From: Podospora anserina
Lineage: Eukaryota
Reading direction: 5' to 3'
Assembly (NCBI GenBank): GCA_017654855.1
Contig: CM030332.1
Location: 1,240,001-1,304,000 of the forward strand
DNA: 64,000 bases
The notes under the pieces: generated by a model
Told to the model about the DNA's origin: nothing
Database searches by the model: none
What the model saw: only the letters and a program-made list of their open reading frames with translations
In this document: piece after piece, positions 26,101 through 38,300 of the stretch
How positions within the stretch are numbered: the stretch's first letter is position 1
Layout: each line of letters starts with the position of its first letter
Program-made: the position numbers and the translations under genes

Positions 26101-26682
26101 CTACCCCATGCTGGAAATCTGCAAGGGCTTTCGGCCCAGTGCCTCGTTCATCTGGTGGCGCAGAAGCCAAGATAGCCAAGGTTGAGAGGCTGTCTATTAG
26201 CGTGAGTGAGTAGTTGCCCAGCACGTCATTGAGCTCGACATTTCGTGGGTTTTTCGCATCGCGGGTCAGTGGGACACATGATACTGGACGGAGCTTGGGT
26301 GGTTAGATGTTAGCTATGATAAAGTTACAAAGTAATCAATGGTGGCGCAAATATGCATGCATACCTCGTCCTCGGGGAAGGCAATATCCATATAATTATC
26401 AAAGCCATGGTAAAACATGTCAACGGTCTCCTGGCGTAACTCTTTTATCCTGTCCGTTGACATGGCCGCAACCCCGACGTGGCCAGGGGCCAGCATCACC
26501 GCCACAAGACACCATAGTAGCATATTCCACCCTATCCATGATATTGGGCGGAGAATCGGCCGTGTGAATATCATGGTACTCTCGGGGGGCATCTGGGCGC
26601 GGGCAGATGCGTCAATGGGAATTCGGGTTGCGTCGGATCGGGAGCCGCCATCGCTAAGCAAATCGCGATGGTCGTGGTCCAT
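23174..26682 (-). CDS. ER degradation-enhancing alpha-mannosidase-like protein (GH47 plus PA domain; EDEM/Mnl1/Htm1-like); exons 26682-26365 and 26293-23174
   Basis: GH47 motifs MFYHGFDNYM..AFPEDELRP, LIDSLSTL, VFETVIR.LGGLLSAH, DSFFEY, LRPEFIES, MESFFLGETAKY and FTTEGHP. C-terminal PA-like RRGGCNFSTK and an N-terminal hydrophobic segment. Intron 26364-26294 (GTATGC...CTAAC...AAG). The start could instead be 26574. Confidence 0.92.
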
Positions 26683-29600
26683 GCCGAAAGGGCATCATAC
26701 AAAGTAAAGCCCGGGCGACCACATGGGGTTACTGTCCAAGTGTCGTGTCGTTGCGATCGTGCCGTCACCAATAATGCCACCTGGACAGCTTTCAAGGTTC
26801 GTGATTTCCAGCTGTTGGAGGCTTGGCGTCAGCCATTGCTGCTGTGGTGTCAAGGAAGGCGTTGCTGTCCTTCTGGAAGGACCCGCTTTTCCTGGCTCTC
26901 GAGACTTGGCAATTCACTGATGAGATGGATTACGTAAACCAGGCCATCAAGGTGCCCGTGTGCGTGACAACGAGCGCCCACAGAGCAAATCCACAATCGA
27001 AGGCTCTCGTGGGACTTTGGATGAGTTGACACTGCTAAGGCTCTCGTGGTTATAGTTTCAACATAAACTTTGACCGAAATGTCAAGATTGTCAATCCACC
27101 AAGCCGCCAGCCACATCACCATGAAGAAGCGAGGTTCGGCTGTGTCGTACAAACGCAACGCTGGGAACGAGCCAGCTATTATGAGATAGATCGAAAGGCT
27201 CTCTTAAGTGAGGCTACTATCGAGTCTCTATGGTCAAGAAAATCTAGGTGGTTACTCTAATAGTCGGCACTAATCCTTCGTTGTACACAGTGCACCCTCT
27301 TGGAGTTCGCGGCCGTTGGTCGACGGTTTACCCACTGGAATGAACAGCCGCCAGCCCTCTCAAGTATTCCAAGTCTCAGTGACTTGTGACAAATTATGTT
27401 ACTTTGCTGCAGCTCGTTTCTTTGCCTTCTACCAAGCTGTATGCACACACCCACACACCTATCCCAACCACATCAGCCGCCGATCTCCAGTTCGTTATCT
27501 TCACCTTCTTTGTGTTTACGTTCCCCAACTGACGAAGTTATGTGTGGGATGACTCTGTTCTGTCAAAGTGGCAAACGGGTAAGAATACCTCACCACCTCG
27601 TGGACCTGACCTGCGACAGGCAAGCCGCTGTCACGAACAGTGATCGTTGCTTTCAAAGCTCTCACCAGTCCTCGCCCCCAACTGCTGAAAACATGGTGAC
27701 CAATCCTCGGCAGAACTCAAGCTATAAGCCGCCGAGGTATCACCTGCACCTGGTATGGACTTGCGAGAATTGTTCAAGGCAGCTAGCAGCGTGGCTTGTT
27801 CCAGCAACCAGAGTGGCGGATCCTGAAGAGCACAAAGTCCAGTCCAGGCCTATCACACCACGCTACCCCGGACGGATGATCTCGAGCCGTCCACGCCCAT
27901 GCATATCAGTCCAGGTTCAGCTTTTCGCGGATGAATCCGTTTGTCCGTCGTTCGGCGGCCGTGTGAGATGTCCCGCTTTCTCCTTAGTAATTTGTGCCAT
28001 GTGCACATTGTACAGACGAGAAGGATTCACTGAGGTCAATGCTCTAATATTGGTAGATTGAGCTGTGTGAAAATACCCGAGTTACCCGACGTCCGGCTGT
28101 CTCGTCTCGATTCAGTATTGTCGGCATGCGGCACAGCGGCTTGTGGGTGGTCGAAAGGAGCTATCTCAGTTAACTCCGAGTACCTACCTACGATTGGAAG
28201 AGGGTGATTGCACAGATAGATGGGGAGCGGTACGGGCTCCACGATCAGCAATTCAGAAAGTGGTTCAGGCGCCTAATAATTTTGGAAATGGGCTCGGTTT
28301 CTTTTTGGTTTTTTTTTGGTTTTTTTTTGGGGGGGGGTGCTCGGTAGTTGCCGTTATCTCAGGCTGGTCAGAGTCCTTCGCCCCCATTGCACTCAAAACC
28401 GCGTGAGTGGGTATGTAATCCTCGAGATAGCTATTGTCGATGGGGTTCGCCCCGGTGTTATTGGTTGTGGAACAGGAGCGTTCAATGTGTGAGAAACTCA
28501 AACTGCCTCCGCGTTTGAACTCTATACATGTGCACCCAAACGGAGAGGGTTATGCAGACAGGTATCACTGCGGATGCTGAATCAGTATCCTATTCGGAAC
28601 TGGCATCTGATTGCCCATCACCTGCGTGCAGTTGTCAGTTTGAAACAAGTATGAATTCGCTGGTAGGTGCGCAAACTCTCAAGTTGGCAAGAGTAGACGG
28701 TAAGTTACTCGTCAGGCATTAGCAAAAGAAAGCTTGACTTCAACTTGCTTTACGTCGAAGAAACGGAAGTCTTGACCAGTTGCTGTTATCTACCTATGTT
28801 CAAGAAATATACGGCAAGGGCCAACAAGAGCAAGCATCCCCTGTCGAGGTGGAGCAGGAAGAGACAGAAGGAATCAGATGAGAGTGATCAGAGGCGGCAA
28901 GTGTAATTCCTGTCCCGCCGTTAGACTTTTAAAGGCTTACTCCCCTTTTTACCTCGCGCTGCCTGTATCTGCCGTGGGTCGAGGCACGTGTCCGCAAGGC
29001 TCCATGGCGGCAGTTGAGCTCCTGTCTTCACAGTAGTTACTCCGTTCTCGCCTTCCCAGCAGCGCAGACGGGATTCATCAGCCCGCTCTTTCCCTTGGAC
29101 TAAACTCCCAACTGAACCTGAAAGCAACCACGGGCAGGTAGCGAAGAGAGGCTCCACTTTCCCAGAGGTATAAACCCCCCTCGGGAAGAGATTGTCTGAA
29201 ACATCACCAGCTTGGTTTCCCGGCATGTTGGATTCGAGGCGTGAGGTTCGTTGTCGAGGTCCGTACTGGCATGATATCGACATGCAGTCCATATGCAAAG
29301 GACTGGAAATATCAACACACTGGTCTGGTATACTTGACCCGCTCATCGACAGTAGAAACCCAATGGAGTTTGCATCCCATGATGAATCGTCATGCTCCCT
29401 TTTCTCTATCTCTGTCCCGTTACAGGCTGTACGATAACTGATTTCCTACACTGTGTATCGTTCAATTCATTTCATATCTAAGCGTTAGTTTGTCCAACCA
29501 ACTCCAAATGTTCTTTTTGTTACAGATCACAACTGACAGAAACCTCCACCAACACATCTCACGGCGCTTGTTTCACATCGGACTTGTTGCTCGCACTCTT

Positions 29601-32600
29601 GCATTCCCGCTCTCCACCCGCAACGGCAACCCGCATCTCGGGATTCCATTCCACACTGTTGGGATGACTTTTTGGCTGTTGGTGGCTTACTGCTTTCTCA
29701 CTGTGTTTGCGACATGGTCCAATCCCCCAGCTTTTTCCGCACTTTTTGTGTAACGAACATCTCACAACAAGCTTTCTTTGTTCCCGCAAACCCGTCCGTT
29801 GGAATGACGGGAGGGGGTTTGTTGGCTGCTGTCTCATGAACTGAGACTTGTTGGTGTTTTTTTTTTCGGTATTTTACCAACAGAAAGAACAAACACACCT
29901 CACACACCCATAGCTTCGGTGTGGGGTGCAGACGGAGGTGGTCATGGGACCCGACACGTGATGTCCTTCATCTTCATCACTTCACCTCCGAGGTCGTTGT
30001 CAAAGCTGACACCGATCTCGGGTTCGGAACCAATGATACCGGATGATTCGTCAATTCGCGATCTCCGATGTCTTGCTCAGGAAGCATCCATATCCGAAGA
30101 AAGAGATGCACATGCGGCTCTCGGATCTCTGTCTTGTTTCCGACCATGTTTCCGAGTTGAAAGATCCGAGAACTTGGTGAACAGGCAGGCCGCAATATGG
30201 CGCCGTATCCGTCATGAAATCCACATCGTCCTGTTTTTTCGTTTCATGGTGTTGTCAACCAGCATCTTTCTCAACGCCTTTCGGCAAAAGTCTTCAGAGA
30301 CTGTGTGATATGTTGATACAGCCTCTCTACTCTCCAACGTGTGCCTCGCAGAATCCCAGACAAAAGGACCGCCCGCTTAGCCTTTGGTCCTTCTCTGCGG
30401 CGCAAAACTCCCTTGGGGCTGTGAACTTTGCTCTTCCCAAGAAAAAAAATAGGCGATACCGAAACGCCTGACTGTGTGTGTGTCTCTCTCACACACAGTT
30501 GCATCTGCTTCGCCAAAGAAAATGGCTGGGCCTCATCGAGATCGATGCAAGATGCTGGCAACAACATTGATGATAACGACAGCAACAACAAAAACCCCGA
30601 TAACTTTCGGTCCCATTCCCCGCCCATCTCCCGAAAACAAAAACCAAAAATCACACTTCACATGCTTTTTAATAGAGCGACGAACCTCTTTCCCTTTTCT
30701 GACCCTAGCACTACAACTCTCCCCAAGGAAACTATCACCTCGTAAATCTCGTGTCGTAACCTGTATGCAACACAGTTCCCCCGATTCAGGTTTCTAGTGC
30801 ATGTCAGGGGGAGTTGTTTTAGCTCTTTAAGGTGAGGTCCGGGCTTCCTTCCCTTCCCCCCTCCCCCTCCCCATTCCCACTTGGTGTGGGAAAGTCCGTA
30901 ATCCGGACCGTAATCCGGATCCCGGGGTGTGACCTAGCCAAGGAACCCCCCGCGTTGGGCTTGAGGGGCGGACCCCGCCGACTCGGCGGTGATCCGCCCA
31001 CCCGCCCGGCGCTAAAACACGCTGTCCACGGTGGGTAACGCCAGTGACGATAGCGTTAACTTGGCGGCGAGGGGGAGTTGTATTAGTTTGAAATACGGGT
31101 TTTTAATACACTATGATACCAGGCCGTGTTTTTTTTGTTTTTTGGCAACGTTACAGGAACCACCAACAAAGAACCAGCCCCCAATCTCCCCGGTAATGGT
31201 GCACAGTACTTTTGTTTTCCTGGGTAAGTATGGTTTTATGGTCCGGGGTTTGGGGTTGTTTTCTCGAGGAACAAGGGGGAAAAGCCACAATACAGTTACA
31301 GTGTGTGATATCAAAGATCAAAGCCTTCCTCACCTCGTCCTCGAGTAGAAGGTCCGCTTGGGTCAAATCGGCCTGATGGATATTGCTCACCCCGTAGCAA
31401 CGCGGTTTAACACGATGTTTTTGCTTGCCCATTTCCAAGAAAAGGGGGCTGTGTAAAAAAAAAAAAAATCCAACCAGAGCAGCAAGCAAGCAGGCCACTT
31501 CATCGACGACGCGCCACTAAAGGGCCGGCGCGCCAGAGACATTAGGACCTTGCAGCAACTGATTTCGTTGTCGTTGTCAATCAATTCTCCACTTGGCACG
31601 GCAGAGGGGGGAAATGCTTCGCTCTTCGCTGTTCGAAAGCGACCCCCAAGATTTTCCCCTTTTTCTTCTTCTTTTTTTGGGGGGTTTTTTTTTTTAACAA
31701 ATCAAGTTTAGCTAGCCTTGGGTTCCTTTGCTTGACGTTCCGCTGGGGCTTACTTGCTTGCTGTTAAGCATCATCATGCATTTTACGGCAATGGTTTGTT
31801 GTTGTTTTCTTGTCCCCGACGAATATCGGACATTAGAACAACAACCAATAGGAATGATGATATCTTTTCCTCTTCGACAAAGAAAGCTCACCGCCGTCCG
31901 CTGAGCAACAAGTCTAGCCTAAGCAAGTCACAGTGGCTTGCTGAGGGAGATACGGTTAGAAAAGTTCCCGTGGGGTTCCGCTCCCAGCTTGCAGAAAATC
32001 ACGATGAGTTGCTCACGTGATAGATGACGAGTCGTCCCCCCAAGACTGGTAGCGTAGCGTTTGTGACCGTTTGTGGGCTTAGGGGCGCAACTTGTCGTTG
32101 ACACTTGCTTAAAACCGGTAGCGTGGTATGTGAGGCTCTTGTGCTCTGCCCCACGAGCAGGGTCTGGTTTGGGCGATTTAGCCCCCGTCGGTTATCGGAG
32201 TGTGGGTTAAATAGAGAGTCTGAGACTTATACTGGATCACAACTGCTGGGTTTTGTCAGCGGCGAGAGAAAGAGAGAGAGATAGGGACAGAAAATGCAAG
32301 AGAAAGGAGATAATCATACCGAATACGCATCACTTGTTCGAGCGAGAATATCTATCTCCTCTCATTCGTTCAGTCGTATCGTGGAGATGCTAAAGTTGGC
32401 AAAAAGGTGATGCATGTCTGCAGTTTAAGAGCAATTGTCCCAAAATGGAAATTCTTGAGTGCTTATTTCTTGATCCACCAGCCCTACGGGGTTTGACACG
32501 GACATTGAGAGGTGGGTTTCTCAACTGAGAGCGGGGGAAAGCATCAGGAGTCTGTCCCTCTCTCTGCCTCTCGAAATAATGTGTCGGTTCTTCATTCAGA

Positions 32601-33387
32601 AGAATGTCTCTGATTGGTATTCCACAAGACATGTCAGATCCTTAAACAGTCTTGCGCCGGGTGTTCAGTCTGACTGCATTAAAACATCATCTCTGTCCAT
32701 GCTGCACGACAAATCTGTAGCAGAAACTGGTGGTTGCACAGCCATCCCGTGCTACCACGAACCCTCTCCACAGTGACACCCAGCCCCCTCTCCTCTCGGA
32801 TTGGCGCGACTCCGCACGCAAAACAGGCAGCCGCTCTCGGTGATTCTGCCCAGATCGACAGTGGGAGCGAAAGGTGAAGCAAATGTACAACAAGATGCGA
32901 GAAGAATCAGAGATATTCAAGTTTTTTGTTCAATTTCTGTCAATTTGCGACAAAAGTTTCGGGAGATACAGCTCTGAGAGAGCCTTCTCATATATCCTAA
33001 AAAAAAATATAAAAAAACAAATAGCCTGCCCGACCAATGGTATCTATACGTATCTGCGGTGCTTTGCCTCCCCCAAGTGTGAATCCATCCTATATTGGTG
33101 ACGCCGTATGAAACACCACGCCCCCCCACCACCACCGTTACCGAACCACACAAAAAATTGAAGGCTACTCTGAATTGGCTTTGTGTTTGAGCCCAGAACA
33201 AGACAAAGGTGAATATGTGAAAATGTTGAGGGTTGTGTACGCGCGAGCATTAGTTATTTCTCCACTCTTTTGCCGAACCCAATGGTGTGTGTGTGTAATG
33301 TAAAGCCGATCTGTGAAACGTGTAGATGAACGAATAAAAGTACAGAATATGTGCATTCTTGTGTGAAAAAAACAGGTATAGTGTTGT

Positions 33388-35374
33388 TTATTGGGCATAT
33401 GTGGCTCTTGTCTGCATCATTTGTTCGCAGGCCTGTCGAGCGACACGCTCGCTTCGGTGATGACTCGGCTCGCGGGCTGCCGAGTGTTGCGATGCGGCGT
33501 CGTCCTCATAAGCAAGCTCCATAGATTCGGGGCTCATGCTGTCTTCGACTTTGGGGGTCTTGTTAAAGATTTGGTCGAGATAGTCGTTTTCTTGTTCCGA
33601 GCTAAATTGGGGGGCGGTGCTGGCGTCGTCGCTCATCATGTCGTAAGAGGCCTGTCGTGCCGCCGCCGCCGCTGCGACATGGTGAGCATGACCCTGGAAG
33701 GCAGGGTGATGGAGACCGAGCCCGTTCGACCAGTCACCCATGACATGTGTGTTGTGATGGCTGTTTTGCGAAGTGGCCCTTCGACGGGCTGCTTTGTTCT
33801 TGCGCCGTCTTGTACCAGTCTTCTCATCAACTGTGGGCTCCTCCATACCAAGCTTGACAAGCATAGCCTCGATGTGCTGTGGCTTCCAGTCCCAAACGCG
33901 ACAGCCACCGCTTTCCTTCATGCGTGCAAGTATAAGTTGATATCTCTTTTCCTCGTAGTATCGGTGGGCTTCCATAAGTCGCTCGATCTGGAAGCACTGG
34001 TTAGCAAAGGAAGACAGAGTCAAGCATTACACATCAGACTGCGCTTACCTCTCTCTTCGGCCAGACACCATACTTGGCAACGGCACGCGAGACCTTCATC
34101 TGAAGAGCCGCCTTTTCCCAGTTGCCTTGGTGCTTCTCCGAGTACTTGGCCTTCATCTCTTCCCACATGCCCTTCCCCTTCTCCGAGATGAACTCTTTCC
34201 GGAGCTGGAAGAGATACTTGTCATCATCGGGTGCATCGTCCCGCAGTGTGAGCTCATCCTGATCACCATCATCCAATTGACCATTCGCGCCTGATTCTGA
34301 ACCTATTTGAGGTGTTGACTTGGGTGTGCGAGCTGGTTTTCGTGCCGGTGACGGCTTCTTGCGCTGCTGGGGTCTTCTTCCGGGACTAAGAGCCGCGTGG
34401 GACGGGTAGCCGCCGAGTAATACAGAGGGATCACGTAAGTCTTCAATGCCTCCAATTCTGGGGGTCGTGTTTGGCCTAAAGTGGGATGGGTTTGGCTGAG
34501 CTAAGACGGGAGCGTGTCCGCCGTTGGAAGGCATGCGATGGTGCATGTGTGGCGGCTGACCCAGATACGGTCCCGACGGCCCCACTTCAACATTGAAGGC
34601 GTGGTACTCCTGGAAAGGCTGGTGTATTATCTCCCCGTTGTTGGCCGAAACATTGTAGGATCCAAGATAGGGGTCGATTGGCGGTGGAACCTCAGATTTG
34701 GGAGAGGATGGGTGGTGGCTCATTGGGGGAGAGTGAGCCATGTACATGTCAAAATGCCCTCCCTCGGTGGCCGCAGGATGGACTGTCATAGGAGAGGATC
34801 CCTGGCTGCTGTTGTTGACGTCGTAACCGCTGTAGTACATCTTGGATGAGTTTGGGGGTGTTGGGACTTGTGGTCCAGGAATGGCCGACTGCGAATGGTA
34901 ATTTCTCATCGGTGGCTTTGAGGTGGCTCTTTGCTGCAAAGGCGGACTGCCGGCTCCAGAAACTGGCGTGAGGAGTGTCGAGTCTGCAGCGGCTGGGTAG
35001 TTGAAAGAAGAGACTCCAGAGATCTGTTTTGTTCTGGTTAGCCTAGGGTGGATACCGTGAGATTGGCTGCCACATACAGCGCTGTAGGGGTCAAGGTCCG
35101 GTGACGAGTAAACAACAGAGGCAGGGCCGCTGGTGCAAGCAGTAGAACCGGGCAAACTATCGTGATGGTGGTGCGCACTTGGCATGAGATACTGGGCGCT
35201 GGTCATGTCGACTGTGATCCGGAGGCGTTTGAAAGACCTCCTGGGAGAACCGCTTGGAGTGCTGGAGCTGGAGCTGGTGTTGACGGCTTCTTCCGAGTCC
35301 GAGCCAAGTTTGTGGCAATCGAGAAAATCCTCAACAAGGGGTGATTCGACGGCTTCCGATCTGTCTTGTTCCAT
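33388..35374 (-). CDS. Putative Myb/SANT-like DNA-binding protein (probable transcription factor); exons 35374-34049 and 33987-33388
   Basis: Low-complexity Pro/Ser/His N-terminal region and a basic NLS-like RRPQQRKKP. Trp-spaced helical domain DDKYLFQLRK...MWEEMKAKY...NWEKAALQMKVSRA...WPKREIERL. Intron 34048-33988 (GTAAGC...GCTAAC...CCAG). Alternative start at 35206. Confidence 0.75.
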
Positions 35375-38300
35375 TATTTCAGCCTCAGGTTCAAGCAAAG
35401 ATTCAAAGAAGATGGCGAGGTTGTGAAGGGCGTTCTCTCGAGATTGTAGTGATGTTACAGTCACTGACACCGGGGCAAGCAGGAGGGATCTCACCTTATA
35501 CGCTGGACTCAATGTCTTGGAGACAATTCTGAGTGCGGCCCAGGCGTGGGGCAGAGTGCGGCGTTGAAGAGAAGGGGGAAGCTTGAGACAGAGGAGCTGA
35601 CCTGACAGGCAAGGAGGAGATGCCGGGAATCTATATTCAGAGAGAGGACGGGAAGATCGGAGCTTGCCAGTGGGGCCCAGGGGGTCAACGCCGGGGGTGT
35701 GTCTTCCCCAGTTCGAGAATGCTTTGCTACACTAGGAAGCACCCCATGTGAATGATGAGGGCACTCTTTGAGCAGTGCCACACACCTCGCCGTGTTTGTA
35801 CTTGCGCACTGCGTATGCGGGAGTGGTCCCAGGCAGGTACCCAGGTACAAGTACGCACCAAAGTGACAAGGCTTTCCCAAACATGGGGGCAGTTAACCGC
35901 CCGTCCACAGTTCGACATATACTGTGTCTTCACAAAAGCAGACACACGCAACAGCCCATACCAACTGGAATCGAAACCGAAACAGAAATCGACAAAGCCA
36001 CTGCTATTCGAACGGAGCGGTTAGTGAGAGCGGCCGGAAGACACACTGGCAGCTCTTAGACGAGGCTCATTCCCAGAGTTGGTCGCCATTGCTATGGCCC
36101 ATCTCTCGTCTCGAAAGGCGTTCTTCCCCAGGCCTGCGATCTTCCATGCAGCAGCCCAGGAACAAGCCCATCAAGGAGGGGTGTATCGTAGCCAAGATCA
36201 TCCTGATTGATGGCTAGACAGACGGCTTGCTCCGCAGGCTCAGACTGGCTCAAGAACGAGTAAACGTGGGGATGCGCCGCGGGGACCGAGAGAGGCAATC
36301 CATGGAGCTTGGAGCCCGACAGGGCAGACACGGAACGTTGTCTTGGATGCATCCAGCACGCAGGGAGGTCAATTCCAGGACAAATTATTAATGCAGAAAC
36401 GGCAGAGAATGTACCTGTTAGCGTTTGCTTGATCGGGCAGAGAGCACCACTCCCAAAATTGAGCCCCGAGCTCAGGCGGCGATAGGGCTCTAGCTTTGGG
36501 GGACGAGAGGGGTCCTTGAACCCGAACAAGGGGGACGCTTTCTTGGCCAGGAGACCAGTCTCCCCCCGGGAGCTCCAATTGTGAAGGCGGCGGAGACAAG
36601 AGCTGCAGGGTGCTAATAAGGTGTGACCAAAGGTGGGGTGCACGACATGGGTGTTGAATCAACCCTTGAATACTGTATTTACCGTAACAGCATGTTACCG
36701 AGCAGCTGGAGTAGGTACCGTGACAACAACCACAATCACCACCGAGATGGTGTGTAGACCCCCTGGCTGGGAGAGGACGACAGAGAGCTTGAGCTTAATC
36801 CAAAGCCCTTGTTGCGCCACCAATGTGGGACACCCTATCCAAACAGCCGCCCCTCTTGCTGTTGGTGGCTCATAGACGCCAAAAGGAACCGTCCGCCCGC
36901 CTGGCATATGTTCATCGTGGATGCTTGCCATAACCGCGAGCTAGCAGCCAACTGCGTAGTTTAGGGCTGTCCCGGCGTCTATTTCGTGTGTCTGTATGAT
37001 ATCCGACAAAGTGATGGTGAGTTATCAGATGGTGTTGTCAGAAGTGCTGGACAAATGCCGAGTCCCAGTTGCGGTAAATACTGGTGATTGTGAGCATAGA
37101 GATCGACCGTTCAGCCGTCACAGGGTCGGGGACAAGACGTGGGGAGTTTGGTAGAGGTGGTTGTACGAGACTAGACAGAATTACCCCGCAGAACTGTATG
37201 GTGTAGAACTTCGAGTCCGTGAAGGTGCCTTTCTGCTCACCGCTTGCACTCCATTTCATTTACCGGCCCACGGCGGCCAGAAACGGGACCGTGAGGATGA
37301 TGTGTAGCCGCAAGGTGGTGAGAAAATGGCCTCTTGGAAGAGCTGGCTGTGAAACCATGAAACGGCTGTGCCAGTCATACCCTGAGACTGTCGTACTGGG
37401 AGAGAGGCTGTGTCACCTCAACCACACCTTCAAGTCTGGCCCGACAATCGCTGCCGAGCTGCAGCAGTAGTAGAAGAGAAAATGGCATGCCATCGAGGTA
37501 AAAAAGCGGTCAGAGAGAGAGATGTGCTGAAGAGATGGCCCACAGGGTGAATGAATGGAAGCCACATGCAAGCGCCATCACTGATGGTGCAAGATGCTGC
37601 TTTGAAATTGGCCATCTTGTCTTGCGTGCGTCGATGCAATGGTGGATGCCGCGGGATTAGGCCGGCTTTAGGCTGGAGGGGAGAGTGGGGAATTATAGAG
37701 CCAATCATAGCACACCTTCTGAAGAAGGAAATCGATGACTATCGTGCATGGGCCATCGTATGTTTCCACAATGTTTCGTTCGCCTTTGGGCTTGCACCCC
37801 AATGCAACATCTTGGCCAATCTTTGTCCCCCAAAGGCTCAAGGGCCAGCCACGACAACAACCCTCCAAGCATCCAAGACACGACAAATGCTCAACACGAA
37901 AAGAACCTTACGTATTCCTCGGCTATCCCAGAACCACCACTGCTGACTATGATTCCCTTTTAGAGTTCTCCAAGACGCTGTGTAGAAATCCGTCTTGTGC
38001 CTTTCACTACCTCGAGGCTTTGTCTCTTCTCACTCTTCTTCCTCACGGGCTCTAAAAACAGCCATGGCTTGTTTCGAACCCTTCGCCGAGCGTGGCACAG
38101 AGCCGGTCGGCCGGTCGGCCATCTGCGTCCTTCAGGGCAGTGAAAGATGCTGTGTGGCCCGGGCACCACAGCTTTGGCGGTTGGCGCTTGAGGTGCGGCA
38201 ATCGTCAAGGGAGCCAATCTCGTCGATTACCGGTCCGCCGGGTACACTAGCCCGCTTAAGCGCGTCTGCCAACCTGAATTTCTTCACAACTGAGATGATG

